Source: Escherichia phage AV117. From it: a stretch of 64,000 nucleotides of DNA. A program made the position numbers and the translations under genes. The stretch lies in the sequence record OR352947.1. One strand, given 5' to 3'. The notes under the pieces are model-generated. The model did not search any database. It saw only the letters and a list, made by a program, of their open reading frames with translations, and was not told the origin of the DNA. Below, piece by piece: positions 55,699-64,000 of the stretch; the first letter of the stretch is position 1, and the number at the start of each line of letters is the position of its first letter.

Positions 55699-56826
55699 AT
55701 GGAAAAATTTATGGCTAAGTTTGGACAAGGATACGTCCAAACGCCATTTTTATCGGAAAGCAATTCAGTACGATTTAAATTAAGCATAGCGGGCTCTTGC
55801 CCGCTATCAACATCTCCTGCTTATATTAAGTTCCAAGATAATCCACTTGGGTCCCAGGTTTTTTCTGTTGGATTAAACGTTCGTGTAATAAATCCTACAA
55901 CAGGTGCAGTAGTTGAATCTAAGTCATATAATTTCTCTACTGAAAACGACGCCACGTCAAGTGCATTTGTTACTTACATGGACACATATGCACCAAATTT
56001 TATATTTGCTCTTGTTACTAACGCTAAAACAAACTTTCCGCCCGAAGTTCTTGCATGGTTTACTAAAGCCGGGAGTTCTGTTATTCCATTAGCTCAACAA
56101 GTTTTAAATATAGTGGACATTTCTTATTCGGCATTTTATATTTCTGGTAAGAATGCTATAGCACTAGAACATATTAAGTATAGTAATAAGAAAACTTCAA
56201 CCGACTATAGTACACCACTTGATGTTGTGTACGACACGATTGATGATATTGGTGCTACCGGCTTCCCTAGTCGTACGTACGAATCATCAGACACATTTTT
56301 ATCTGCTGTTGGAGGTACTAATAATGAAATTAAAAGGATGCCTACAACATCCCTTATTACACCTCTCGCTGGGTATAAATTGAAGGCTGGAGATTTCCTT
56401 TATATGAAATTCCAACTAATGGCTGATGCTGATTTGTTAGCACAAGGGACGACACGACTTTCTATTCGGTTCTTTAAATCTCCTTCTACTTCACCTATTT
56501 CATTTAAGGATATAAACTTTGATGGGGGTGCAGGTGAATGGAAGATATATGAAGACTACGTAGAAATTCCTGCTGGTGCTGACGGGTTCACGATTTATTG
56601 TTATCGTACAGCTCCAGTCGGGCAGGGTGGATTAAGAAACGTTATATTCACTGAAGTATCATGTAATGGAAGCGTTTCAAAACCTGCTGAGTTTGGTATA
56701 AATGGTATTCGTGTAAATTATGTTTCAGAATCTTTAAGTGCCCCAGACATAATGACATTACCTACTCAATCTTCAACTGATACTGGTAAGGTATTTGGAC
56801 AAGAATTTAAAGAAGCATCAGAATAA
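55699..56826 (+). CDS. 35: long tail fibre hinge connector gp35
   Basis: 375 aa, synteny. Confidence 0.9.
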   Translation: MEKFMAKFGQGYVQTPFLSESNSVRFKLSIAGSCPLSTSPAYIKFQDNPLGSQVFSVGLNVRVINPTTGAVVESKSYNFSTENDATSSAFVTYMDTYAPNFIFALVTNAKTNFPPEVLAWFTKAGSSVIPLAQQVLNIVDISYSAFYISGKNAIALEHIKYSNKKTSTDYSTPLDVVYDTIDDIGATGFPSRTYESSDTFLSAVGGTNNEIKRMPTTSLITPLAGYKLKAGDFLYMKFQLMADADLLAQGTTRLSIRFFKSPSTSPISFKDINFDGGAGEWKIYEDYVEIPAGADGFTIYCYRTAPVGQGGLRNVIFTEVSCNGSVSKPAEFGINGIRVNYVSESLSAPDIMTLPTQSSTDTGKVFGQEFKEASE

Positions 56827-56831
56827 ATTTA

Positions 56832-56855
56832 GGGAGACTTCGGTCTCCCATTTTT
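56832..56855 (+). terminator. terminator after gene 35
   Basis: GGGAGAC-UUCG-GUCUCCC then AUUUUUG; same 25-nt sequence as after gene 23. Confidence 0.8.
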
Positions 56856-56856
56856 G

Positions 56857-56864
56857 TATAAATA
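56857..56864 (+). promoter_or_regulatory. late promoter motif upstream of gene 36
   Basis: exact TATAAATA immediately after the gene 35 terminator. Confidence 0.6.
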
Positions 56865-56888
56865 TGGTATACATATAAGGAGACAACT

Positions 56889-57551
56889 ATGGCCGATTTA
56901 AAAGCTGGTAGTACAACTGGTGGTGCCGTTATATGGCATCAAGGTAATTTCCCTTTAATGCCAGCAGGTGATGACGTCCTGTATAAAACGTTTAAACTCT
57001 ATTCAGAATATAATAAACCACAAGCGGCTGATAACGATTTCGTTTCTAAAGCTAATGGCGGTACTTACGCTGCAACTGTTCGATTTAATGGAGGCGTACA
57101 TGTTCCTACTGTAGGTAGTAGTCAACAATGTGGTGTTTATCCAGGTAACGGAGACGCATCTACTTTTGCTATGGCAAATATTGACATCGTTTCGTGGAAT
57201 GGTATTGGTTTTAAATCATCACAAGGTTCAGCAGACCGAACTGTTGTAATTAATGCACGTAATGGTGATATTAGTACAAAAGGCGTTGTGACAGCAGTAG
57301 GTCAAATAAGAAGTAATGCAGTTGCTCCAGTTGCAGCAAATGATCTCACAAGAAAAGATTATGTTGATGGACGAATAAATATTGTTACGGATAACGCAAA
57401 TTCCCGTGTATTGCGTTCTGGCGATACTATGGCTGGTACTTTAACAGCACCAAACTTTTTCTCACAGAATCCGGCATCTGAGGCTAATCATGTTCCTCGT
57501 TTCGACCAGATTGTAATTAAAGATTCTGTTCAAGATTTCGGCTATTATTAA
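56889..57551 (+). CDS. 36: long tail fibre distal connector gp36
   Basis: 220 aa, late promoter upstream. Confidence 0.9.
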   Translation: MADLKAGSTTGGAVIWHQGNFPLMPAGDDVLYKTFKLYSEYNKPQAADNDFVSKANGGTYAATVRFNGGVHVPTVGSSQQCGVYPGNGDASTFAMANIDIVSWNGIGFKSSQGSADRTVVINARNGDISTKGVVTAVGQIRSNAVAPVAANDLTRKDYVDGRINIVTDNANSRVLRSGDTMAGTLTAPNFFSQNPASEANHVPRFDQIVIKDSVQDFGYY

Positions 57552-57559
57552 GAGGACTT

Positions 57560-60500
57560 ATGGCTACATTAAAACAGATACAATTTAAAAGAAGCAAAGT
57601 GGCAGGAGTTAATCCTACTGCAGCACAATTAGCCGAAGGCGAATTAGCGATAAACTTAAAAGATCGAACTCTTTTTACTAAAGATGACCTCGGTAATATT
57701 ATTAGCCTAGGCTTTGCTAAGGGCGGGGATATTAACGGTAATGTAACTCAAAATGGAGATTATTTACAGAACGGTGCATATAATCTCAATGGAAACCAGT
57801 TTGTTTATGCAGGAAAGTATATTGAATTCTTGCCAAAAACTGCTGGAAATGGCGCTTGGGCTAACCAACACACAAATAAAGCCCCTATCTTTACAGATTT
57901 GAGTTCAACTACTTCAACTTCTGAATACCACCCTTTGATTAAGCAACGTTATAAAGACGGTACTTTTTCAGTAGGTACATTAGTAAGCGAAGGCTCATTT
58001 AGAGTTCATTATATTGATTCTACAGCTCCAGACAATTCTAAACACTGGGCCTTTAACCGTAATGGTAATTTTATTGTAGATTCTGGTAGTATTGAGGTCC
58101 GCGCAGGTAATATTTCTGCGTCAGGCAATATTAACTCCGCTAATGGTATAGTTTCTGCTCCACAAGTTAATACGAAAACCATTGTTTTAGACACAAAAGC
58201 ATTCGGACAATATGATTCACAATCATTAGTTCAATATGTTTATCCTGGAACAGGTGAAGAAAATGGTATAAACTATCTTCGTAAAGTTCGAGCTAAATCA
58301 GGCGGAACTATTTACCATGAAATCGCTTCAGCTCAAACTGGTAAGAATGATGAAATTTCTTGGTGGACCGGAAACTCACTTACCACTAAATTAATGGGTC
58401 TTCGTAATGATGGCGCAATGGTATTACGTCGTTCACTTGCTATTGGCACAATTACCACTGACGAAAATACTAACAACTACGGTTCTCCTACTCCAATGGG
58501 AGAAAGATATATTGCTTTGGGCGATGCTGCAACCGGTTTAAAATATATTAAGCAAGGTGTTTATGATTTAGTAGGTAATTGGAATTCTGTTGCTTCTATT
58601 ACTCCTGATAGTTTCCGTAGTACTCGTAAAGCATTATTTGGACGTTCAGAAGACCAAGGCGGAACCTGGACAATGCCTGGCACTAATGCCGCTTTCTTGT
58701 CTGTTCAAACACAAGCTGATAATAACAATGCTGGAGACGGCCGGACACATATTGGTTATAACTCCGGTGGAAAAATGTCGCACTATTTCCGTGGTACAGG
58801 TCAGATGAATATCAATACCCAACAAGGTATGGAAATTAACCCGGGTATTTTGAAATTGGTAACCGGTGCAAATAATGTGATGTTTTATGCTGATGGCGGT
58901 ATTACATCCACTAAGCAGCTTTCAATATATAATGGTGTATATTTAGCAGCTAATAATTCTACTGCTGGGCTAACATTCGCTCCAACTACTACAATTGATG
59001 GCACTAAGCAAATTTTGTGGGAAGGTGGTAAGCGCGCTGGACAGAATAAAAGCTATGTAACTGTTAAAGCGTGGGGTAATTCATTTAACGCATCTGGCGA
59101 TCGTAATCGCGAAACAGTTTTTGAAGTAGCTGACGGACAAGGTTATTATTTTTATTCCCAACGCGTAGCCCCAAGCGGCTCCGAAACTACTGGTCCTGTT
59201 GTAACCCAGTTTGCTGGAGCTGTTAATGCTAGAGGAAGTATTATTACTGACGGAAGTTTTAAAGTTAATGGATTAAGCACTTTAGTCGGTAATGTTACAA
59301 TGAGCAATGGTCTTAATTTAACTGGGGGTTCTTCTATTACAGGCCAAGTAAAAATTGGTGGAACTGCCGATGCATTAAGAATTTGGAATGCTGAATATGG
59401 TGCAATTTTCCGTCGTTCTGAAGATAAGCTTTATATTATTCCAACTCCGCAGAATGCTGGTGAAACAGGCGGTATTTCTAATTTACGTCCATTCTATATT
59501 GCATTAAGTAATGGTAAAGTCAGCATGGATCATGATGTTGATATCGGTGGTGGAAGATTTAAAGTAGAAACTAGTGGAACAACATCGGGGCAACGTATTA
59601 CAGTTAATACTGCCTCCGATGCTATTAGAATAAATGCTCCAACACAAGAGTCTTCTAACTTCATCCAAGGACGTAAAGCAGATGTCACAAAATGGTATTT
59701 GGGTATTGGCGATGGCGGCAACATCGTTCGTATGCACAGTTACACCTATTCCCATGGTATTGCATTAAACTCTGATACGGTTGATATAGCTAAACCTCTT
59801 AGAATAGGTTCAACCCAGATTGGAACCGATGGTAACATCACAGGTGGTTCTAGTAATTTTGCTAACCTGAACACAACTTTAGAACGTAGAGTTAAGGTCG
59901 GAACTTGGTCCGGTAGTTCAACTGCAGGATGGTATAAATTTGCTACTGTAACTATGCCACAATCAGTTTCTACCGTCCAATTTAAGATTATAGGTGGTAA
60001 TGGATATAATGCCAATTCACCAGAACAGGCTACAATTACTGAAGTAGTTCTTCGTACCAGTAATAACAATCCTAAAGGTATTAACGCCACTTTATGGGGG
60101 CGCACGGGTAATGGATTTACTAATATAGCAACAATTAATACCTCCGGTGATGATTATGACGTTTATCTGTATGCTGGGACTTATGCAGACAAACTTATAG
60201 TTGAATATGACGCCACAGAAAATACACGTTATATTTCGGTAATTGGTCTTAATGGTGGATATCAAACACCAGTAACAGAATTACCCGCTGGTCATCTCGT
60301 TGGTCAAGTGTATATGATGTATTCTGATGCTCAAATACCTTATCCGGTCGGTGCTCCGATTCCATGGCCAAGTGATTCAGTTCCTGACGGGTTTGCTTTA
60401 ATGGAAGGTCAGACTTTTGATAAGTCTGCATATCCTAAGCTCGCTATCGCATATCCTACAGGTACTATTCCTGATATGCGTGGACAAACTATCAAGGGTA

Positions 60501-61042
60501 AACCAAGTGGTCGTGCTGTTTTGAGCGCTGAGGCAGATGGTGTTAAGGCTCATAGTCATAGTGCAAGTGCATCAAGCACAGATTTAGGTACTAAAACCAC
60601 ATCAAGCTTTGACTATGGTACTAAGACGACAAGTAGTTTCGACTATGGTACTAAGACCAGTAATAATACTGGTGCTCATACGCATAGTTTGAGCGGTTCC
60701 ACAAACACCGCCGGTGCGCACAGCCACACAAGCGCTCTTTATGCGGGCGATAGAAACTCTCCTGGTGGTAGTTCTGCAAGAGGATCCGCCGGTGGTGGTA
60801 ATACGCTTGGAACTTCTTCTTCTGGGGCACATTCGCACTCTATATCTGGTACTGCTGCAAGCGCAGGCGCTCACGCACATACTGTTGGTATTGGTGCTCA
60901 TACCCATACAGTTGGTATTGGTGCTCACACCCATTCAGTAGCAATTGGTTCACATGGGCATACAATAACTGTAAATAGTACAGGTAATACAGAAAACACG
61001 GTTAAAAACATTGCTTTTAACTATATCGTTCGTTTAGCATAA
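57560..61042 (+). CDS. 37: long tail fibre distal subunit gp37 (receptor-binding tip with His-x-His repeats)
   Basis: 1160 aa; C-terminus ...[17 protein letters not shown] as T4 gp37; HxH-rich needle region. Confidence 0.95.
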   Translation: MATLKQIQFKRSKVAGVNPTAAQLAEGELAINLKDRTLFTKDDLGNIISLGFAKGGDINGNVTQNGDYLQNGAYNLNGNQFVYAGKYIEFLPKTAGNGAWANQHTNKAPIFTDLSSTTSTSEYHPLIKQRYKDGTFSVGTLVSEGSFRVHYIDSTAPDNSKHWAFNRNGNFIVDSGSIEVRAGNISASGNINSANGIVSAPQVNTKTIVLDTKAFGQYDSQSLVQYVYPGTGEENGINYLRKVRAKSGGTIYHEIASAQTGKNDEISWWTGNSLTTKLMGLRNDGAMVLRRSLAIGTITTDENTNNYGSPTPMGERYIALGDAATGLKYIKQGVYDLVGNWNSVASITPDSFRSTRKALFGRSEDQGGTWTMPGTNAAFLSVQTQADNNNAGDGRTHIGYNSGGKMSHYFRGTGQMNINTQQGMEINPGILKLVTGANNVMFYADGGITSTKQLSIYNGVYLAANNSTAGLTFAPTTTIDGTKQILWEGGKRAGQNKSYVTVKAWGNSFNASGDRNRETVFEVADGQGYYFYSQRVAPSGSETTGPVVTQFAGAVNARGSIITDGSFKVNGLSTLVGNVTMSNGLNLTGGSSITGQVKIGGTADALRIWNAEYGAIFRRSEDKLYIIPTPQNAGETGGISNLRPFYIALSNGKVSMDHDVDIGGGRFKVETSGTTSGQRITVNTASDAIRINAPTQESSNFIQGRKADVTKWYLGIGDGGNIVRMHSYTYSHGIALNSDTVDIAKPLRIGSTQIGTDGNITGGSSNFANLNTTLERRVKVGTWSGSSTAGWYKFATVTMPQSVSTVQFKIIGGNGYNANSPEQATITEVVLRTSNNNPKGINATLWGRTGNGFTNIATINTSGDDYDVYLYAGTYADKLIVEYDATENTRYISVIGLNGGYQTPVTELPAGHLVGQVYMMYSDAQIPYPVGAPIPWPSDSVPDGFALMEGQTFDKSAYPKLAIAYPTGTIPDMRGQTIKGKPSGRAVLSAEADGVKAHSHSASASSTDLGTKTTSSFDYGTKTTSSFDYGTKTSNNTGAHTHSLSGSTNTAGAHSHTSALYAGDRNSPGGSSARGSAGGGNTLGTSSSGAHSHSISGTAASAGAHAHTVGIGAHTHTVGIGAHTHSVAIGSHGHTITVNSTGNTENTVKNIAFNYIVRLA
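60586..60660 (+). repeat. in-frame tandem 30-bp repeats in gene 37 ([10 protein letters not shown] x2.5)
   Basis: copies at 60586, 60616 and partial at 60646; identical peptide, about 8 synonymous differences including a TCA to AGT serine codon switch. Confidence 0.8.
60881..60934 (+). repeat. in-frame tandem 27-bp repeats in gene 37 His-x-His region (TVGIGAHTH x2)
   Basis: two adjacent 27-nt units differing at 2 positions. Confidence 0.8.
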
Positions 61043-61072
61043 GGAGAGGGGCTTCGGCCCCTTCTAAATATG
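61041..61072 (+). promoter_or_regulatory. structured translation initiation region of gene 38 (split RBS)
   Basis: AAGGAG, then hairpin GGGGC-UUCG-GCCCC (61048..61061), then ATG at 61070; the hairpin would bring SD and AUG together. Confidence 0.55.
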
Positions 61073-61621
61073 AAAATATATCATTATTATTTTGACACTA
61101 AAGAATTTTACAAAGAAGAAAATTACAAACTGGTTAAAGGTCTTGGTCTTCCCGCTCATTCAACAATTAAAAAACCTTTAGACCCTAAAGAAGGCTATGC
61201 TGTTGTATTTGATGAACGCGAACAAGAATGGGTATATGTTGAAGACCATCGTGGAAAAACAGTATGGACATATGATAAGCAAAAAATTGTTATTGACACT
61301 CCAGGTGCTCTTCAAAATGTTACTACAGAAGAACCTGGTGAATTTGACATTTGGACTGGCGACGGGTGGAAGGAAGATGAAGCATATAAACGCGTAGTTC
61401 AACGTGATAAGAAAATTCATGAACTCTATAAATTATTCAGTGTTTTAAGTTCTCTTATTGACGCAGAGGTTGCTAATAGAGAAGAAAAACGAAAATTTAA
61501 AGAGCTCAAAAAATTCTTTGCCCTTTTAGAAAAACATGAACATCTTGGCGGTGAATTCCCTAAATTCCCTGACCTTGAAAACAAATCTATTATCAAAGCG
61601 ATTATAAATATCTTTAAGTAA
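61070..61621 (+). CDS. 38: tail fibre assembly chaperone gp38 (T4-type, not T2-type adhesin)
   Basis: 183 aa, exactly T4 gp38 length; no Gly-rich adhesin motifs. Confidence 0.85.
   Translation: MKIYHYYFDTKEFYKEENYKLVKGLGLPAHSTIKKPLDPKEGYAVVFDEREQEWVYVEDHRGKTVWTYDKQKIVIDTPGALQNVTTEEPGEFDIWTGDGWKEDEAYKRVVQRDKKIHELYKLFSVLSSLIDAEVANREEKRKFKELKKFFALLEKHEHLGGEFPKFPDLENKSIIKAIINIFK
61603..61610 (+). promoter_or_regulatory. late promoter motif upstream of holin t
   Basis: exact TATAAATA within the 3' end of gene 38, about 20 nt before the t ATG. Confidence 0.6.
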
Positions 61622-61630
61622 GGAGGTATT

Positions 61631-62290
61631 ATGGCAACACCAAAAGTATCATTTTCACTTAGTGATATTCTATTTGGGTTGCTAGATCGTATTTTCAAAG
61701 ATAACGCTACTGGAAAGGTTTTAATGTCCCGAGTAGCGGTAATTGTTCTTTTGTTCCTAATGGCACTAATATGGTACAAAGGAAGTATTTTGCTGGATTA
61801 TTACGTAAGAGCTAAGTATGATACTTATACTGAAATAATCCAAAAAGAACGAGCTTTACGTTTTGAATCTGCGGCTCTAGAACAACTGCAAATAGTTCAT
61901 ATCTCATCTGGTGCAGATTTTAGTGCTGTGTATTCTTTCAGACCTAAAAACTTAAATTATTTTGTCGACCTTATAGCTTATGAAGGCAAACTACCTAGCA
62001 CAATTTCTGAAAAGTCCCTTGGCGGATTCCCGGTGGATAAAACGGCTAATGAATATATAATTCATTTAAGTGGCCGTCATTTCTCATCTAAATCAGAATT
62101 TGCATTTTTGCCTACAAAATCTAAGACTGCCGAACTTTCTTATATGTATAGTTGTCCATACTTTAATTTGGATAACATCTATGCCGGAACTGTGACGATG
62201 TATTGGTATAAGGGGAGTAATATACTTGAGGAAGACCGCTTAGCGGCTATATGCAACCAAGCGGTCCGAATACTAGGAAGGGCTAAATAA
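61631..62290 (+). CDS. t: holin T
   Basis: 219 aa; strong similarity to recalled T4 holin (SDILFGLLDRIFKDNATGKV...ARILGRAK). Confidence 0.95.
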   Translation: MATPKVSFSLSDILFGLLDRIFKDNATGKVLMSRVAVIVLLFLMALIWYKGSILLDYYVRAKYDTYTEIIQKERALRFESAALEQLQIVHISSGADFSAVYSFRPKNLNYFVDLIAYEGKLPSTISEKSLGGFPVDKTANEYIIHLSGRHFSSKSEFAFLPTKSKTAELSYMYSCPYFNLDNIYAGTVTMYWYKGSNILEEDRLAAICNQAVRILGRAK

Positions 62291-62563
62291 TTAGTTGTTA
62301 GAATACATCGCTAAATGACGATAAATATTTTCAAAACCTTCATTGAATTCACTAATCAGTGTTTTCTTTTCTTCGGCAGTTAAATTTGTAATTAGTTTTC
62401 TAAACGAATTCTGATTTAGCTGCCGACCATCTTTTTTAATTCCAATCTCATTCAAGAATCCGATGAAACTTGCTCGGTCTTCAACAATATCTTCCCTAGA
62501 GAATTTAATCAAAATAGAAGCAATAGTAATAATTTCACGTACGATTTCAATGTCTTTATTCAT
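62291..62563 (-). CDS. asiA: anti-sigma70 factor AsiA
   Basis: 90 aa; MNK.I..VREIIT.ASILIKFSREDIVE matches recalled T4 AsiA. Confidence 0.95.
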   Translation of the reverse strand: MNKDIEIVREIITIASILIKFSREDIVEDRASFIGFLNEIGIKKDGRQLNQNSFRKLITNLTAEEKKTLISEFNEGFENIYRHLAMYSNN

Positions 62564-62609
62564 ATCGTTTTATTCATTCCACTTAGTTGATATGGATATA
62601 GTACCAATA

Positions 62610-62825
62610 TCAGTGTTGATTGTAAACGGCTTTTTCTACGCTTTTAACGTAATTGGTATAGTCTTCCTGTTCGTACGAGTGTAAGGCCAAGAACTGAACT
62701 AATAGTTCATTATAGACTAAAGCCTCACGCTCACGTTCGGCCTCTACTACGTTCTGAAGATTATGACTCATATCGTTCCTTATAACTATCAATGTAGTCC
62801 TGTATGTCGAAGAATGACATTTCAT
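62610..62825 (-). CDS. hypothetical protein (start probably at internal Met)
   Basis: 71 aa ORF; overlaps the upstream ORF by 65 nt unless the internal Met is used. Confidence 0.4.
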   Translation of the reverse strand: MKCHSSTYRTTLIVIRNDMSHNLQNVVEAEREREALVYNELLVQFLALHSYEQEDYTNYVKSVEKAVYNQH

Positions 62826-63060
62826 ATTCTAGGGCATTAAGAGCCCGTTCTTCAGTATAGTCAGAACCAAAGACGATAGTGATTTCACCAGGCTTCATGT
62901 GATTGAAATCAACACTAAAAGGAATACGAGAACATACTTCGTCTGCCATATCTGCAACAACACTACGATATACTTCTCGGTTAACCTGATAAAGCTCTGC
63001 GAGTTCTTCGCATAGAATAACAAGTTCAGTTGCAGGATTTTCTTTGATTTTAGTAAGCAT
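62761..63060 (-). CDS. acidic hypothetical protein, Arn-like candidate
   Basis: 99 aa, about 21 D/E versus about 10 K/R; T4 arn position next to asiA. Confidence 0.45.
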   Translation of the reverse strand: MLTKIKENPATELVILCEELAELYQVNREVYRSVVADMADEVCSRIPFSVDFNHMKPGEITIVFGSDYTEERALNALEYEMSFFDIQDYIDSYKERYES

Positions 63061-63134
63061 AGTCTTTACCCTTATGTTTTTGTTTACGTTTAGATTGAAG
63101 TTCTGATTTCTTCTTGTCCTTATGAACAGAAGCC

Positions 63135-63362
63135 TTATTGAAATCGTGTTTTGCTACAAGATTGTTCATAATGATTTATAACCTCATTTAAACATTTATC
63201 GGTAAAAGAAAACTTTTTAGCCACAGAACATTCGATAATGTGCTCTTTCAAATCTTTAGAGTCAGTATATCCCATCTCAGTAATAAAGTGGCGAATTAAA
63301 GCTTTATTCTTATCATTAACAGAATTAAAATAATCTACTTTAGAATCAATTATTCTCATCAT
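63135..63362 (-). CDS. hypothetical protein
   Basis: 75 aa ORF. Confidence 0.5.
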   Translation of the reverse strand: MMRIIDSKVDYFNSVNDKNKALIRHFITEMGYTDSKDLKEHIIECSVAKKFSFTDKCLNEVINHYEQSCSKTRFQ

Positions 63363-63627
63363 CTAATTTCCTTAATTGATATTGCAACGAGCTAATAATT
63401 TCTTCGTTCATTTTAATATACATGTCACGCAAGAAAGGTTTTAACCCATCACGAATAATTGCTAACGTATCACCTTTACATAAATTAACCAAATAAGGAT
63501 GGTCTAAAGCGTCCCAACCAGGCTGATTAGCATACATACCATAGTTTTCTTCCATCATATGATTAAGACGTTTGATATCTTGGATACGTGATTCAATAGC
63601 ATCTTTCTGGAGTTGTTTAATATTCAT
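63346..63627 (-). CDS. hypothetical protein
   Basis: 93 aa ORF. Confidence 0.5.
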   Translation of the reverse strand: MNIKQLQKDAIESRIQDIKRLNHMMEENYGMYANQPGWDALDHPYLVNLCKGDTLAIIRDGLKPFLRDMYIKMNEEIISSLQYQLRKLDDENN

Positions 63628-63971
63628 TAATAAAGGTCCTCTGAATAAAGTTCTTTCTCACTTCCGCCACGTTCAATACGTACCTGTCCAGCATACGTTG
63701 CAATAATCATTGCTTCTTCACGAGTCCAGTAATTAGAGTATTGGTCGATAAAGCCTTGGTCGTCGCCACAAACTTGTTGCGAGACTAATTGAGGACCAAC
63801 TATATCAAGTACTTCAGCCATATCTTTAGAGTAATGACGAACTCCAGGAATAACCAGAGTTCCACCACTCTTCAATTTAAACCTATTAGCTGCACATACT
63901 ATAACACGTTGAACTTTTTGGTCATTATTCCAATAGCACGTTTGCCAACAGATTTCAGGAACTTCATTCAT
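63627..63971 (-). CDS. hypothetical protein
   Basis: 114 aa ORF, ATGA-coupled to the downstream ORF. Confidence 0.5.
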   Translation of the reverse strand: MNEVPEICWQTCYWNNDQKVQRVIVCAANRFKLKSGGTLVIPGVRHYSKDMAEVLDIVGPQLVSQQVCGDDQGFIDQYSNYWTREEAMIIATYAGQVRIERGGSEKELYSEDLY

Positions 63972-64000
63972 TATGTCATCAGCAGAATAATTATAACCGT

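Noticed and set aside
60586-60934. CRISPR-like or noncoding tandem repeat array
   Set aside because: Repeats are in frame inside gene 37 and encode peptide repeats; no spacer-repeat architecture
60602-60941. Minus-strand (110 aa) and alternative-frame (75 aa) ORFs in the gene 37 repeat region
   Set aside because: Artefacts of the repetitive His/Gly/Thr-coding sequence; gp37 frame is continuous to the conserved C-terminus
61070-61621. gp38 as a T2-type receptor-binding adhesin
   Set aside because: 183 aa with no Gly-rich motifs, and gp37 carries its own C-terminal tip domain; T4-type chaperone is more likely

Overview
This 64 kb window reads as one contiguous block of a T4-like (T-even, Tequatrovirus-type) myovirus genome, with gene order and protein lengths matching T4 from gene 16 through asiA. 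On the plus strand it carries the late structural genes: terminase (16, 17), tail sheath/tube (18, 19), portal and prohead genes (20, 67, 68, 21, 22, 23, 24), baseplate hub (51, 27, 28, 29, 48, 54) and long tail fibres (34-38) plus holin t. On the minus strand it carries early/middle genes: rnlB, hoc, inh, uvsY, 25/26, alt, DNA ligase 30 and the 30.x block, rIII, 31, cd, pseT, spanins, rnlA, denA, nrdB, nrdA, td, frd, 32, 59, 33, dsbA, rnh, asiA. Calls rest on conserved catalytic motifs read directly from the translations, on T4 synteny and lengths recalled from memory, and on TATAAATA late-promoter motifs and C(UUCG)G-type hairpin terminators read from the DNA. No tRNA, CRISPR array, integrase or transposase was recognised, and no homing endonuclease or intron occupies the T4 seg/mob/intron loci in this window. 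The most unusual feature is a complete class I DAHP synthase (AroG/F/H-like, 330 aa) translationally coupled upstream of dCMP deaminase, in the interval where T4 has only small cd.x ORFs. Secondary points of interest are a HAD-like plus NADAR/YbiA-like pair next to DNA ligase, a small early-type gene at the T4 segD locus, two small ORFs missed by the ORF track, and recoded tandem repeats in the His-rich gp37 tip. No database search or computation could be run, so all homology statements are motif- and memory-based and novelty is unverified.
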